DNA of 64,000 bases. Source: a virus (lineage: Duplodnaviria; Caudoviricetes). Both the position numbers and the translations under genes were made by a program. The stretch lies in the IMG/VR virus record IMGVR_UViG_3300028549_000507, positions 96,001 through 160,000 of that record. One strand, given 5' to 3'. Under the pieces are notes generated by a model. It was not told the origin of the DNA and searched no databases. It saw nothing but the letters and a program-made list of their open reading frames with translations. Shown piece after piece: positions 20,776-30,414 of the stretch (positions are counted from its first letter, which is position 1; each line of letters starts with the position of its first letter).

Positions 20776-22131
20776 TTATACTGCCTTTGATACTATAAAT
20801 TTTACACTATTAAAATTGAAAGTTACAGTATTAGTGGAAGAAACATACGTTACTTGGTTCTCTATAAGTGTCGTCGGAATTGTCACATTCTTAGTAACCT
20901 TATCAACGGCAATCTTTAAGAGTTTATAAAACTTTTCACTAGCATTACACGCCGAGAATGCTTTAGTATCGATATCCGAATACATATTATAAGCATTGCT
21001 TAATACGACTGATATAGGTCTAGTTTGATCGGCTATAGCAACATTATAAGCTATAGCCATTGTCGAAATATCTGTAAGATTCGGTCGATATATAGGAAGC
21101 ATTTCTGCATTTTTAAAATTGTTATCAGTAGAGTTCACGCCATTTCTAACAAGAATATCCGTTATATCTTTAACATTATAGGGAACTTTATTTGTAATAT
21201 TTGGAGTATATACTGCCAAGATATTCACATCTTTATTAGTAAATAAATCCGGGTAATGATCAATAGCTAAATTAAAATCATTATTATAAGCCGCTAATAC
21301 AAATTTACGTATTTCATCAAGAATGATATTTGTATTAGTAGATATATCCTCCAATGAATATAGGAAGAATATATGATCATAAAATTTAGCAGCATTTATC
21401 GATTTTCTAAGTGGATAATATTTAACAACGTAACTGGTCTTATGGTCGTATCGAGCATTGCCGAATATATCGATATGTTTTTGACTAATCTTGGTTTCCC
21501 ATTCACCTTTAGATATAGTATCCCAACCTGGAGTTTCATATGCATCACTATCGGTATACAGGTATACTTCAATACGATTTATATACTCATCAGCGAGTAG
21601 TTCGTCCGGGTTAAAGAATATTTCAAACATAACAGGATCAAGTGTAGCAGTAACATCCAAGTCAAGTTTAAACATCACCTTCTTAATACGTCCAGCGCCC
21701 ATAGTATCATCTAACACAACTTGAAGAGTATCTTTTACATAATATGACCAATTTGTACTATTAGTATTTACATAATTTACAATATTTGTTTCAGGTGTAC
21801 CATCATTGTTTACATCCGAATTAAACTGATACTTGTAAAGGAGTGATATAATCAACATAGCTTGATCAAATGCGGTCGCCCAATCACTCTGTTTGAAGGT
21901 TGTAGAGTCTACACTATATATGAGATTTCCAAAGTTACCATTTGCATTGGCGAATGTGCTAATTGGTTTCTTGAAAATATCATTAACTTTACTTATAGTT
22001 GTTTCAAATATAGGTACATTTACTCCGGTGTTGAATCCGAATTTTTCAAACGGACTATGACTTTTATTATAATCCTGTGATCCTATTTCGTAATAGAATC
22101 CTTTAATCTTTTCAAAATCAGATATAGACAT
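20776..22131 (-). CDS. Probable virion structural protein, paralog of 19359-20774
   Basis: 451 aa, same shared motifs, AACA promoter upstream. Confidence 0.6.
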   Translation of the reverse strand: MSISDFEKIKGFYYEIGSQDYNKSHSPFEKFGFNTGVNVPIFETTISKVNDIFKKPISTFANANGNFGNLIYSVDSTTFKQSDWATAFDQAMLIISLLYKYQFNSDVNNDGTPETNIVNYVNTNSTNWSYYVKDTLQVVLDDTMGAGRIKKVMFKLDLDVTATLDPVMFEIFFNPDELLADEYINRIEVYLYTDSDAYETPGWDTISKGEWETKISQKHIDIFGNARYDHKTSYVVKYYPLRKSINAAKFYDHIFFLYSLEDISTNTNIILDEIRKFVLAAYNNDFNLAIDHYPDLFTNKDVNILAVYTPNITNKVPYNVKDITDILVRNGVNSTDNNFKNAEMLPIYRPNLTDISTMAIAYNVAIADQTRPISVVLSNAYNMYSDIDTKAFSACNASEKFYKLLKIAVDKVTKNVTIPTTLIENQVTYVSSTNTVTFNFNSVKFIVSKAV

Positions 22132-22163
22132 TTTAGTCTCCTTTAAAGATTTTATTTATCATA

Positions 22164-22175
22164 CATTATAATGTT
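22164..22175 (-). promoter_or_regulatory. AACA-N6-TG promoter
   Basis: AACA ttataa TG upstream of ATG 22131. Confidence 0.7.
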
Positions 22176-22189
22176 TTGATAAAAAAAAA

Positions 22190-22212
22190 GGAGACGTATT
22201 ATATACGCCTCC
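22190..22212 (-). terminator. Intrinsic terminator after tubulin
   Basis: ggagacgta-ttata-tacgcctcc with 9 T on the minus strand. Confidence 0.8.
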
Positions 22213-22221
22213 AAATTAATA

Positions 22222-23352
22222 CTAGATTCTTCCTGTACGGAATGAGTCTAGTAGTTTCTTAGATGTAGGAATCTCTTCCCCAACCACAACTTCAACATTA
22301 TTTTTACGAATGTTATAGTGGAATACATCTTTCTTAAGAGCATTTAGCGAGTCAACACCGTTGCCCACATCATCCGCAGAATCAAGTTCTTTGAGTTCAT
22401 CAAATCTCTTACGATATGCAACAGTCTCTTTACGGAGACTGTTAAACCCGTGAAATGCGACAACTCCAACTTCATCACTCGTATATCCGAATTTGTAATC
22501 AAGATGAACACCTGCAAGTACAGCTTCTTCATATAGTTCGCAATTCTCTTCAGGAATCTCCGCCATAACGTGTTTAACTTTATTAGATCCGGGCTCAACG
22601 AATGGACTCTTGTCAACATTACACTCTCTCAATCTATTGAATGAATGTAATCCTGGATAAGCTAATCCTACACGTTTATCATTCAAATCTAGAACTCCAC
22701 CAGTCTTAGACTGATGAGAACCAGTAACGTAATCCATAAATAATGTTATAGACGTTTTATTGGCGGTAGTACGACGATCATTAAAGGATGACCCTTCGCC
22801 AGTATTCTTAACCAGAGCATATCTCCCACCATTCAGGAAACTAGTCTCAATTTCCCCAAGAGCAAGTAGATTATTTTTATGAATAGTTATACCTTCATCA
22901 AATGATGGAAGTAGCGCAAATCCAATAACTGATACATATTTAATATCTGTCTGCTGTTCCATAAGATTAAACAATGTATTTGTAAGGGCTGGTCCAATAC
23001 CTGAACCAGTGCCTCCACCAGTCGTAAAACATGTTGCAACAACATCGATATCATCTTCAATAACGCGTTCTCTGATAAGATCGATTAATTTATCATAATC
23101 GAATTTATCAGCAAAGGTATCGAGAGCCAAATCGCGATTCTTACCGGCACCACCATCCATAGTTCCAACATGAAACTTACCATTGAGTAATGCTGTATTA
23201 AACATTCCGAGCTCATCAGCACAGATGTTTACATAGATCGGTTCACCGTATTTAGAGTTTTTACCACCCTTTTGAGATTTCAGCTTAGTACTAATTTCTT
23301 TAGCATAGTTACTTCCACCAAGACCGATTCCGATAGGCAATACTTTAATCAT
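22222..23352 (-). CDS. phuZ: Tubulin/FtsZ-family protein (PhuZ-like)
   Basis: IGIGLGGSN, GGAGKNR, tubulin signature GGGTGSG. Start reassigned to ATG 23352 (MIKVLPIG) behind AGGAG, 376 aa. Confidence 0.9.
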   Translation of the reverse strand: MIKVLPIGIGLGGSNYAKEISTKLKSQKGGKNSKYGEPIYVNICADELGMFNTALLNGKFHVGTMDGGAGKNRDLALDTFADKFDYDKLIDLIRERVIEDDIDVVATCFTTGGGTGSGIGPALTNTLFNLMEQQTDIKYVSVIGFALLPSFDEGITIHKNNLLALGEIETSFLNGGRYALVKNTGEGSSFNDRRTTANKTSITLFMDYVTGSHQSKTGGVLDLNDKRVGLAYPGLHSFNRLRECNVDKSPFVEPGSNKVKHVMAEIPEENCELYEEAVLAGVHLDYKFGYTSDEVGVVAFHGFNSLRKETVAYRKRFDELKELDSADDVGNGVDSLNALKKDVFHYNIRKNNVEVVVGEEIPTSKKLLDSFRTGRI

Positions 23353-23393
23353 GAAAATCTCCTTTGATTTCATTAAACATTCATTCGTAATAT

Positions 23394-23408
23394 AATATAT
23401 AATCACAT
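23394..23408 (-). promoter_or_regulatory. Early-type promoter motif
   Basis: Plus strand aatatataatcacat upstream of tubulin. Confidence 0.45.
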
Positions 23409-23452
23409 TACCATTTTGAATTAAAGATAGTGAGGGTAATTCCCTCACCACT

Positions 23453-24016
23453 TTACTTAATTATTGAAAACCCTACACTGGCACCATATTTAAAAGAAAT
23501 CGATTCATAATCATTACTAATCATTCCAAGATTAACTCCTAGAATAGTTCGTCCGATTGTGAGATGCGGCGTTGTTGATAAATCAAATCCACCACCACGA
23601 ATGTAGTTTCCTCCAAATAAGATACCAAACCCTATGAAATTATCAAGTTTGAGTTTAGATACTGAATATGCTATTTCATCAAACCCTTCATTGATAGTTT
23701 CATCAAGCTTATCGTTTTGAGATTTAAGGGATAAGAGTTCATTTGAAGCCTTATCTAAATTATCCTTGATAAGGTAATTCGTCAAACGTATCTCTTTTAT
23801 AGTCGCAATATTAGCAGAATCATTAAACTCCAATAATGTCCTTACCGAATCTACTTCAGTAATAATACCGCATAAGCGATATATCATTTCAACACTTTCT
23901 TTGTAAGTTTTGGGAAGATCTCGTTCATAGATGTCACCTTTATATTTAAATGTAACAACTTCTCCACCCATAACAAATGATACAGCAATAACTATTAATA
24001 ACAATACTGTTTTCAA
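23453..24016 (-). CDS. Secreted/membrane protein: signal peptide, coiled coil, beta-strand-like C-terminus
   Basis: MKTVLLLIVIAVSFVMG; C-terminal alternating hydrophobic pattern (FKYGASVGFSII); TTG start. Confidence 0.65.
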   Translation of the reverse strand: MKTVLLLIVIAVSFVMGGEVVTFKYKGDIYERDLPKTYKESVEMIYRLCGIITEVDSVRTLLEFNDSANIATIKEIRLTNYLIKDNLDKASNELLSLKSQNDKLDETINEGFDEIAYSVSKLKLDNFIGFGILFGGNYIRGGGFDLSTTPHLTIGRTILGVNLGMISNDYESISFKYGASVGFSIIK

Positions 24017-24018
24017 AA

Positions 24019-24363
24019 TTATTCCTTTTTCTTAAATCCGCTATCTTTTATATTAGATTCAATAGAGGTATCTAGACTGATTATTTTATTACCAATAATA
24101 TCTCTATCACTCATCAATGATTCGATCTTTTCTTCTATATGTTGAGACTCTTTTTTAGAATCTTCAACATTATCCTCAATACGACCTACAGTCTTTTTAG
24201 ATTGTTTAGTCGTATCTTTGATAGAATCTTCTAGATCAGAAATAGTCTTCTTAACTTTAGACTTACTTCCTTTTTTGATAAATGTATTCATTATAAATGT
24301 AAATACCACAACAATAAATGCTGCTATTGCTCCCATTGGACCATATTCATTAAGAATTTCCAT
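24019..24363 (-). CDS. N-terminal TM helix plus coiled coil (i-spanin-like topology)
   Basis: GAIAAFIVVVFTFIMNTFI followed by a K/E/D/S-rich heptad region. Confidence 0.6.
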   Translation of the reverse strand: MEILNEYGPMGAIAAFIVVVFTFIMNTFIKKGSKSKVKKTISDLEDSIKDTTKQSKKTVGRIEDNVEDSKKESQHIEEKIESLMSDRDIIGNKIISLDTSIESNIKDSGFKKKE

Positions 24364-24366
24364 TAG

Positions 24367-24549
24367 TTACTCCATCGAGATAGAACGTTTATCGGGAGCA
24401 CTATTCCACTGCTCTTCAGTAATTTGATTCAAGTCTGTAATAGGTTTAGAAAAAGTCCCATTACCCAACCCTTCACGTACAACATTGAGTCCCGTAGAAT
24501 TACCATTATCAGGTTTCGGTGTTCCAGGAAGTCCAAATTTGCTATTCAT
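24367..24549 (-). CDS. Small hypothetical protein
   Basis: 60 aa, coupled to its neighbours. Confidence 0.5.
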   Translation of the reverse strand: MNSKFGLPGTPKPDNGNSTGLNVVREGLGNGTFSKPITDLNQITEEQWNSAPDKRSISME

Positions 24550-25052
24550 TTTCTCGAATCCTTCTTTAAAAGATTTAAAAACTTACTCTCTACATTGTGT
24601 ATAATATTAACAAAGAACAATACAACCTTTGTTGTCTTACTATACAATTTTGATCTCGGTGGCAGTTTCTTATGAGATTTCACAACAAGCTCTAATTCAT
24701 CCACCACCTTACGAAGATTACCGTATAAGCTATTACATACGCCAGGACAATCGATGTCTACCCCAATCGCATTGCACGAATTTTGCGACTTAAACGCCTC
24801 TTCAAATTTATTAGCAATCTCTGAGATTTTGATGTTAAATGCTCTTTCCTCATCTAAGATATTTTTAAGGTATATATTCTCATGAATCATACCTTTCAAT
24901 CTTCGACCCATCCAGAATATTCTATCAATATCATCTTTATCAGCTCTACCAATCCTACATAGTTCGGCAAGAGTTTGAACATTTTCAAACTCCTCCACGA
25001 ACCAGTAGTCAGTATGCGGTTTGCGCACATTATTTTTGGATTCTTCAGACAT
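24546..25052 (-). CDS. Hypothetical protein
   Basis: Start reassigned to ATG 25052 (MSEESK) behind AGGGGG, which removes the overlap with gyrA. Confidence 0.65.
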   Translation of the reverse strand: MSEESKNNVRKPHTDYWFVEEFENVQTLAELCRIGRADKDDIDRIFWMGRRLKGMIHENIYLKNILDEERAFNIKISEIANKFEEAFKSQNSCNAIGVDIDCPGVCNSLYGNLRKVVDELELVVKSHKKLPPRSKLYSKTTKVVLFFVNIIHNVESKFLNLLKKDSRK

Positions 25053-25083
25053 AAAACCCCCTAACATTACACTCGGTAACAGT

Positions 25084-27459
25084 TTATGAGACATCTATCC
25101 CTATGAAATCAAACGCTTTAGACGTAATTTTTCTAGGAGTATTGAGATTTCTCAAGTTTATAGTTTTTAGGCTAGAAGTTCCTGTTTCGGATATAAATAT
25201 TCCCAACTGATCTCGTATTTGTAAATCAACAACCCCGACACCTGTACAAGTGTATCCTTCAAATAAGTATAGTTTCTTTAATTTATTTGTTCTATTCATT
25301 TGTGGGATATCACTGATTTTAATAGTATAAACACAACCACCTACAAGTTTTGAATCTAACAATACTACCAAGTGATTATATTTAATAGGATCAACCAGTG
25401 TCATATGTACGCCAACCCCACTAGAGAATCCACTCTGCACACCACCAGCGGTCTTCCCTTTAACGGGAATGTCGGTTATCTTAATATACTGATACTCACC
25501 TTTTTCATTTGTGAAAAGGATGAACTTATCACTATCTTCTTCTCTTACAAATAAACAATTTTCAATTATAGTATTTGTATTCGATATTCTATTCGTTATA
25601 GTTTCCGATTCGAGTCGTTTAAGTTGACCATCATTCGTTATACAAACAATAGTTCCACTAGAACCATATATAGGACATGCTATTTTTATATGATTATCAG
25701 CTTCTTGAGAAGGTATCCAGCAATTCACAGTCGTAGGGAGTATCGAATTAACACACCCATTCTCATAGAATATCGCTATCGAAGAAATATTTTCATCAAT
25801 TCTATGTGATCCAACGATTTCTTTAACCCATTTGCCATCAATCTTAACACCCTTGAACCCGTTCAGAATCTTCTTACCCGATATAATGTTCGAAGAGTCG
25901 AATATTCCTATACTATTTCTAGTAGAAAGTATTGCTCCATTAGAAATTACGATATCTTCTCTATCCATTAGTCTAGAAAGAACTTTTGTACGTCTAGGTC
26001 TACCGTATTTAGAAATTAATTCATCGAGATCGTTTATAAGAATATCGTCGATTCGGGTTAGATCTGTAGCGTTTGTAATGATACTAACTCTAATCTTTTC
26101 AATATTCTTTGCAAGGTCATCTTTAGATCTCTTTGTAAGTGATCCAAGTTGCATCTCATAAATACCTTTAGCTTGAATAAGCGTAAGATCAAACTTCTTT
26201 TTGAGATTTAAGACAGTTATATCTTTTGAATCGTTCGAAGTTCTAATAAGATCAATAACCTTATCCACATTATCGTATACTTTATAGAGACCGTCTAGGA
26301 TGTGTACTCTATTTTCAAGACTATTTATGACATGAATAATCTTTCTACGACGGTTATCATAGTTTACATCATACCAATCTTTGATAACATCTCGGATTGT
26401 ACAACGTTTAATTTTACCATTAAAGTTAGTTGTAAGTATAAAACTGTTTGATATTTGAAGATTTGTATTTTTATACAAGTTATCAAGTATCTCAACAAGA
26501 TTAACCCCACTCTTACAGTTTACAGCGATATACGGGTTACCATTATTGTTATCCTTACATTCGCCAGCATACAATATTCCACCAGCCATGATTGGATTTT
26601 TAGGATTTCCCTTATCATCTTTATCATTCTGTATAAACTTGATCTTCGAAATTATAGAATCGAAGTCATAAGGTATTGGTAAACTGCGGATAATAATTCT
26701 ATTATTAACATTATCAATCTCAGCATCACCACGAAGCTTAATAGTTGTAGAAAACTCCGCATCATAGTAACATTTCCTGAGGTCGTCGCCGTTTGTGATT
26801 GTACATCCATTTACATAATCCGGGTAAATATTTCTTGATAATTCGTACGATGTAACACTTTTGTTTCGTATATATCGTTTACAAATTTCAGCAATATCAA
26901 TCAAATTATGTTGTGGAACATCCGAAGTAAATGACTCAGCAATACCAAAAGAACCATTGATAAGTAACAATGGAATCTTAGTAGGAACGTACATCGGCTC
27001 ATACTCACCAAAGTCGGCTTCAGATTCGATCATCTCCATAGCATGTTTATCCATAAGAGATACCATTACATCCCAACCGAAATCTGATACTTTGGTTTCA
27101 ATGTATCTTGGAGCTGCTGCCGACATATCAGATATATTACCAAATGATCCCTTAGGATGCAATAGTGCATGATTATTTACAACATTACGAGCAATATTCA
27201 CAATAGAATCTGTAATAGATTTATCGCCATGAGGATGATATGCAGCAACCATACCTCCGAGTTTATTCAACTTAGTATTTGAATAAATCTTATTTTCCCA
27301 ACAAACATACATGATACGGCGTACAACAGGTTTCAGCCCATCAAAACTACTAGGAATCATTCGATCGAATGTAGCTATGCCATACTTGTAGATATCATCT
27401 TTAACACGGTCTACTACCTCTTCTTCATCAGGCATATTCTCAGGGTTCAAGATCATCAT
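25084..27459 (-). CDS. gyrA: Type IIA topoisomerase subunit A (GyrA/ParC-like) with C-terminal pinwheel-like repeats
   Basis: DGLKPVVRRI, YHPHGD, catalytic AAPRYIE, PLLLINGSFGIAESF, blade-like DIPVKGKTAGGV. Confidence 0.92.
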   Translation of the reverse strand: MMILNPENMPDEEEVVDRVKDDIYKYGIATFDRMIPSSFDGLKPVVRRIMYVCWENKIYSNTKLNKLGGMVAAYHPHGDKSITDSIVNIARNVVNNHALLHPKGSFGNISDMSAAAPRYIETKVSDFGWDVMVSLMDKHAMEMIESEADFGEYEPMYVPTKIPLLLINGSFGIAESFTSDVPQHNLIDIAEICKRYIRNKSVTSYELSRNIYPDYVNGCTITNGDDLRKCYYDAEFSTTIKLRGDAEIDNVNNRIIIRSLPIPYDFDSIISKIKFIQNDKDDKGNPKNPIMAGGILYAGECKDNNNGNPYIAVNCKSGVNLVEILDNLYKNTNLQISNSFILTTNFNGKIKRCTIRDVIKDWYDVNYDNRRRKIIHVINSLENRVHILDGLYKVYDNVDKVIDLIRTSNDSKDITVLNLKKKFDLTLIQAKGIYEMQLGSLTKRSKDDLAKNIEKIRVSIITNATDLTRIDDILINDLDELISKYGRPRRTKVLSRLMDREDIVISNGAILSTRNSIGIFDSSNIISGKKILNGFKGVKIDGKWVKEIVGSHRIDENISSIAIFYENGCVNSILPTTVNCWIPSQEADNHIKIACPIYGSSGTIVCITNDGQLKRLESETITNRISNTNTIIENCLFVREEDSDKFILFTNEKGEYQYIKITDIPVKGKTAGGVQSGFSSGVGVHMTLVDPIKYNHLVVLLDSKLVGGCVYTIKISDIPQMNRTNKLKKLYLFEGYTCTGVGVVDLQIRDQLGIFISETGTSSLKTINLRNLNTPRKITSKAFDFIGIDVS

Positions 27460-27487
27460 ATCCTCCGAAATTAAAATTTATACAAAA

Positions 27488-27624
27488 AATTAAAGTGATG
27501 TGTGGGGATTATCCCACACATCACCTTTTTCACTATACCTATCCTAGTATTTTTGGATAGGAGCTAAGATAGATATAATGCAATCTATCGTAGGAATGTT
27601 AAAGGAGCTTAAAATCATACCTAC
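27488..27624 (-). ncRNA. Candidate structured small RNA or attenuator leader upstream of gyrA
   Basis: Promoter +1 at 27624, three hairpins, terminator at 27495-27524. Confidence 0.55.
27495..27524. terminator. Strong intrinsic terminator
   Basis: gtgatgtgtggg / cccacacatcac 12-bp stem with T tracts on both strands. Confidence 0.85.
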
Positions 27625-27635
27625 AATAAATTGTT
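27624..27635 (-). promoter_or_regulatory. AACA-N6-TG promoter
   Basis: AACA atttat TG; predicted +1 G is the first base of hairpin 1. Confidence 0.65.
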
Positions 27636-27651
27636 GAGTATTTAATAAATT

Positions 27652-28221
27652 TTAATATCCAAACATTTCGAGAATCTGTTTATTTAGAATCTCTTCTTCC
27701 CGTTCTTTAGGAAGACCTATCAGATTGATCGCACATGTATCGTATAATTCTTCAGACTTATGCACATAAACTCCGAGGATAATGAAATCTGTAAGATCAC
27801 CGTCGAACATATCAGCATGATATGATCTGGTATAGTATCCGTTTGTACCATGTTCAGCAGGAGCTGCTACAACAGATTGCATAAGTTCTACAAATTTATG
27901 TATAGAACCTTTCCAACCTTTCTTGTAATTATCCTGACCAAATGCGGCAATAATAATTTCAACATCATCAGTAATGTCGATTTCTCCATCATTCATACGC
28001 TTGATAAGGGCATGAAGGGATGGTTCACAATACTTAAGAGAGTCCATAACTTGAAGACTCACAATAACAGTACCAGTTCCATCCTGCTTACCATGTTTAA
28101 TCTTCTTGAGAGACTTACAATATTGTTTAAGTTTTCCAATTCTTACATCTGTTTTATCAGATATAACGCCGAAAACATCATCAAAGAAGTCTACAACAAA
28201 TTCTCTAGTTTCACTAACCAT
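27652..28221 (-). CDS. Hypothetical protein
   Basis: Start reassigned to ATG 28221 (MVSETREF) behind GGAGG. Confidence 0.7.
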   Translation of the reverse strand: MVSETREFVVDFFDDVFGVISDKTDVRIGKLKQYCKSLKKIKHGKQDGTGTVIVSLQVMDSLKYCEPSLHALIKRMNDGEIDITDDVEIIIAAFGQDNYKKGWKGSIHKFVELMQSVVAAPAEHGTNGYYTRSYHADMFDGDLTDFIILGVYVHKSEELYDTCAINLIGLPKEREEEILNKQILEMFGY

Positions 28222-28257
28222 GTGTCCTCCACATTTAAATTTATATAAGATCACTTT

Positions 28258-28273
28258 TATATATATAATCAAA
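28258..28273 (-). promoter_or_regulatory. Early-type promoter motif
   Basis: Plus strand tatatatataatcaaa. Confidence 0.5.
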
Positions 28274-28286
28274 TACCAAGTTTGAA

Positions 28287-30335
28287 TTAATCCGGCTTTA
28301 CACCGATATTTACAACATCAACGATTTCATCAGTATAAATCGAGTACCCAAGTTGTTGCATAAGTGATACAAATGCGTCACTAGGAATACTACTATCGAT
28401 GTCTTCGCTCTTGATATTTACATTATGATATACAAATGGATCTTCCTCAATAAGCATTTTAGCAACACGATCACGATGTTTCATATTAGTTCCACATCCC
28501 GCAAGGAATCTGTTAACTATTTCCGGCGAACATCTATTCATCGCAATATTAACTTCCATCTCTCCAAACTTAATAGGAGTAGTTTTAAGCGGAAGAACTT
28601 TATTCTTAGACACAGATTTATCAGGCAATCCGTACCCATTAACACTACTAATTGATACTGAAGACGATTTACCTTCTGTAGTATGTTTTAGTACCATGAT
28701 ATATTCTTCACCGATAACTACAGCATTCTTAGAAGTATACTTCTTGATACCATGAATAGTATCAATTGTAACCTCAACGCTAGATGGATGAACGTCAAAT
28801 TCCATATAAATCTGCTTCATCTCTTCAAATGTAAGGTTCTTGAAAGAATGCTGTCTCACATATAATCCGCCAGATTCAATAGTTTGAATGAAGCGAGTTC
28901 TATGTTGAGGGGTTGGAAGATTCTTATAGTATTTAACAAGCTCACCATGACTATCGGCATCAACACGACTCATAAATCGACTAAGAAGTTCAAACTTTGA
29001 AGAAAGATTTGGAAGATCTTTCATCTTATCGACTATACGAGTAGATATGAAATTAAGTTCCTGTTCATACATTTGACCAGGATTACTTCGGCCAACAACG
29101 CCACAAGGATTGAAAATGATCTCAGCTCTAACACCATAAGCATCAAGAGGCATCATGTCGTCCGGTATAATCTTGGTAATAACTCCTTTACCACCAAATC
29201 TATTTGTGAGTTTGGAACCCTCAGACAAACACATTTCTTTTGAGATTGTAAATTTAACAAATGCAAATTCAAAAGGATTTTCGGTAGTTTTATTCATATA
29301 TTTGATATTATCATCAGTACACGCGTCATAATGATTTTTATAATAAGTATACTTCGTATTCGCATACGTTGTAACTTTATATGCTTTATCTCGAATATAA
29401 GGTTCGAGGTGTTTGATAATCTTAATCTTATAATCCATAGACAAATTGTAATACATTAACAATTGTTTTCTATGCTCATAATCTTTTAGCAATTCCGCAT
29501 TATTATTTACAACAACATCGATATCAATGATTCTCCCTTTTGCATGGAAGATTTCATCATTAGTATTTGTGATATTATTCAACGAGTTAGAAGTTGTATC
29601 ACAAACAACATTACTAGAATCGATAGTACGCTTTATACAGAATATACCATCAGATACTTCTGTAAAGATGTCGGGAAATCCTTTATAGAAGTCCGGAGTT
29701 CCGTATTTATTGAGGAGAATATCATTGAAATTCAAAACTAATTCAATAGTCTTGATTGATGTATAAGTAACTCGTTTAGCAAACGATTCTGATACAACGA
29801 TACCATCTTCAATATTATCTTTTGTGGAAATATATGCAACATTCCCATTAATACCGTATCTATAGTTAAGATTTTCATCATGACTATGAGTCTTAGATAT
29901 AATTGAACCAGGCTCAATCATCGCCCCAACAGTCTTATAATCAAGATCAACCATAGGTTTAGTATACCCATGTTCTTCTGCGAGATTCTCGTAATGTTTA
30001 TTTTCAATAATATCAATAACACCGGTAATAGTATCTTGAACGATCAGAGTATAATGGTGTCCAGGATTGGAAGGAAACTTATCAATTCGATGTAATATCT
30101 TATATTGAGCTTTGGCTATCCGTAATGAATCGTTAAAACTACCGAATTCTTTTTCAAATCCAGTATATAGTCTAGGAACTTCGGAGTTATTTAGAATCAA
30201 ACTCTGTTCGAAATACGTTCCAACAAGATGCAATCTACTACCAGACGACTTATTATAAAGTGTCATATTATAAATTCCACCAACTTTTTCAGGATCTAAC
30301 GAATCAGATGCCAAAAGTTCTTCTTTAAGCCCCAT
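28287..30335 (-). CDS. RNA polymerase beta subunit, C-terminal half (non-virion; phiKZ gp71-73/AR9 gp089-like)
   Basis: EDGIVVSESF, GSKLTNRFGGKGVI, IIFNPCGVVGRSN, GEEYIMVLKH, PIKFGEME; 682 aa. Confidence 0.92.
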   Translation of the reverse strand: MGLKEELLASDSLDPEKVGGIYNMTLYNKSSGSRLHLVGTYFEQSLILNNSEVPRLYTGFEKEFGSFNDSLRIAKAQYKILHRIDKFPSNPGHHYTLIVQDTITGVIDIIENKHYENLAEEHGYTKPMVDLDYKTVGAMIEPGSIISKTHSHDENLNYRYGINGNVAYISTKDNIEDGIVVSESFAKRVTYTSIKTIELVLNFNDILLNKYGTPDFYKGFPDIFTEVSDGIFCIKRTIDSSNVVCDTTSNSLNNITNTNDEIFHAKGRIIDIDVVVNNNAELLKDYEHRKQLLMYYNLSMDYKIKIIKHLEPYIRDKAYKVTTYANTKYTYYKNHYDACTDDNIKYMNKTTENPFEFAFVKFTISKEMCLSEGSKLTNRFGGKGVITKIIPDDMMPLDAYGVRAEIIFNPCGVVGRSNPGQMYEQELNFISTRIVDKMKDLPNLSSKFELLSRFMSRVDADSHGELVKYYKNLPTPQHRTRFIQTIESGGLYVRQHSFKNLTFEEMKQIYMEFDVHPSSVEVTIDTIHGIKKYTSKNAVVIGEEYIMVLKHTTEGKSSSVSISSVNGYGLPDKSVSKNKVLPLKTTPIKFGEMEVNIAMNRCSPEIVNRFLAGCGTNMKHRDRVAKMLIEEDPFVYHNVNIKSEDIDSSIPSDAFVSLMQQLGYSIYTDEIVDVVNIGVKPD

Positions 30336-30351
30336 TTAACTCTCCCTTTTG

Positions 30352-30392
30352 AAATTATATATTACTCACGTACAATGAGTAATATATAATTT
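30352..30392. repeat. Perfect 17-bp inverted repeat containing the early promoter motif in both orientations
   Basis: aaattatatattactca - cgtacaa - tgagtaatatataattt. Confidence 0.9.
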
Positions 30393-30414
30393 AAATAACT
30401 TTTTAACCCTCACG

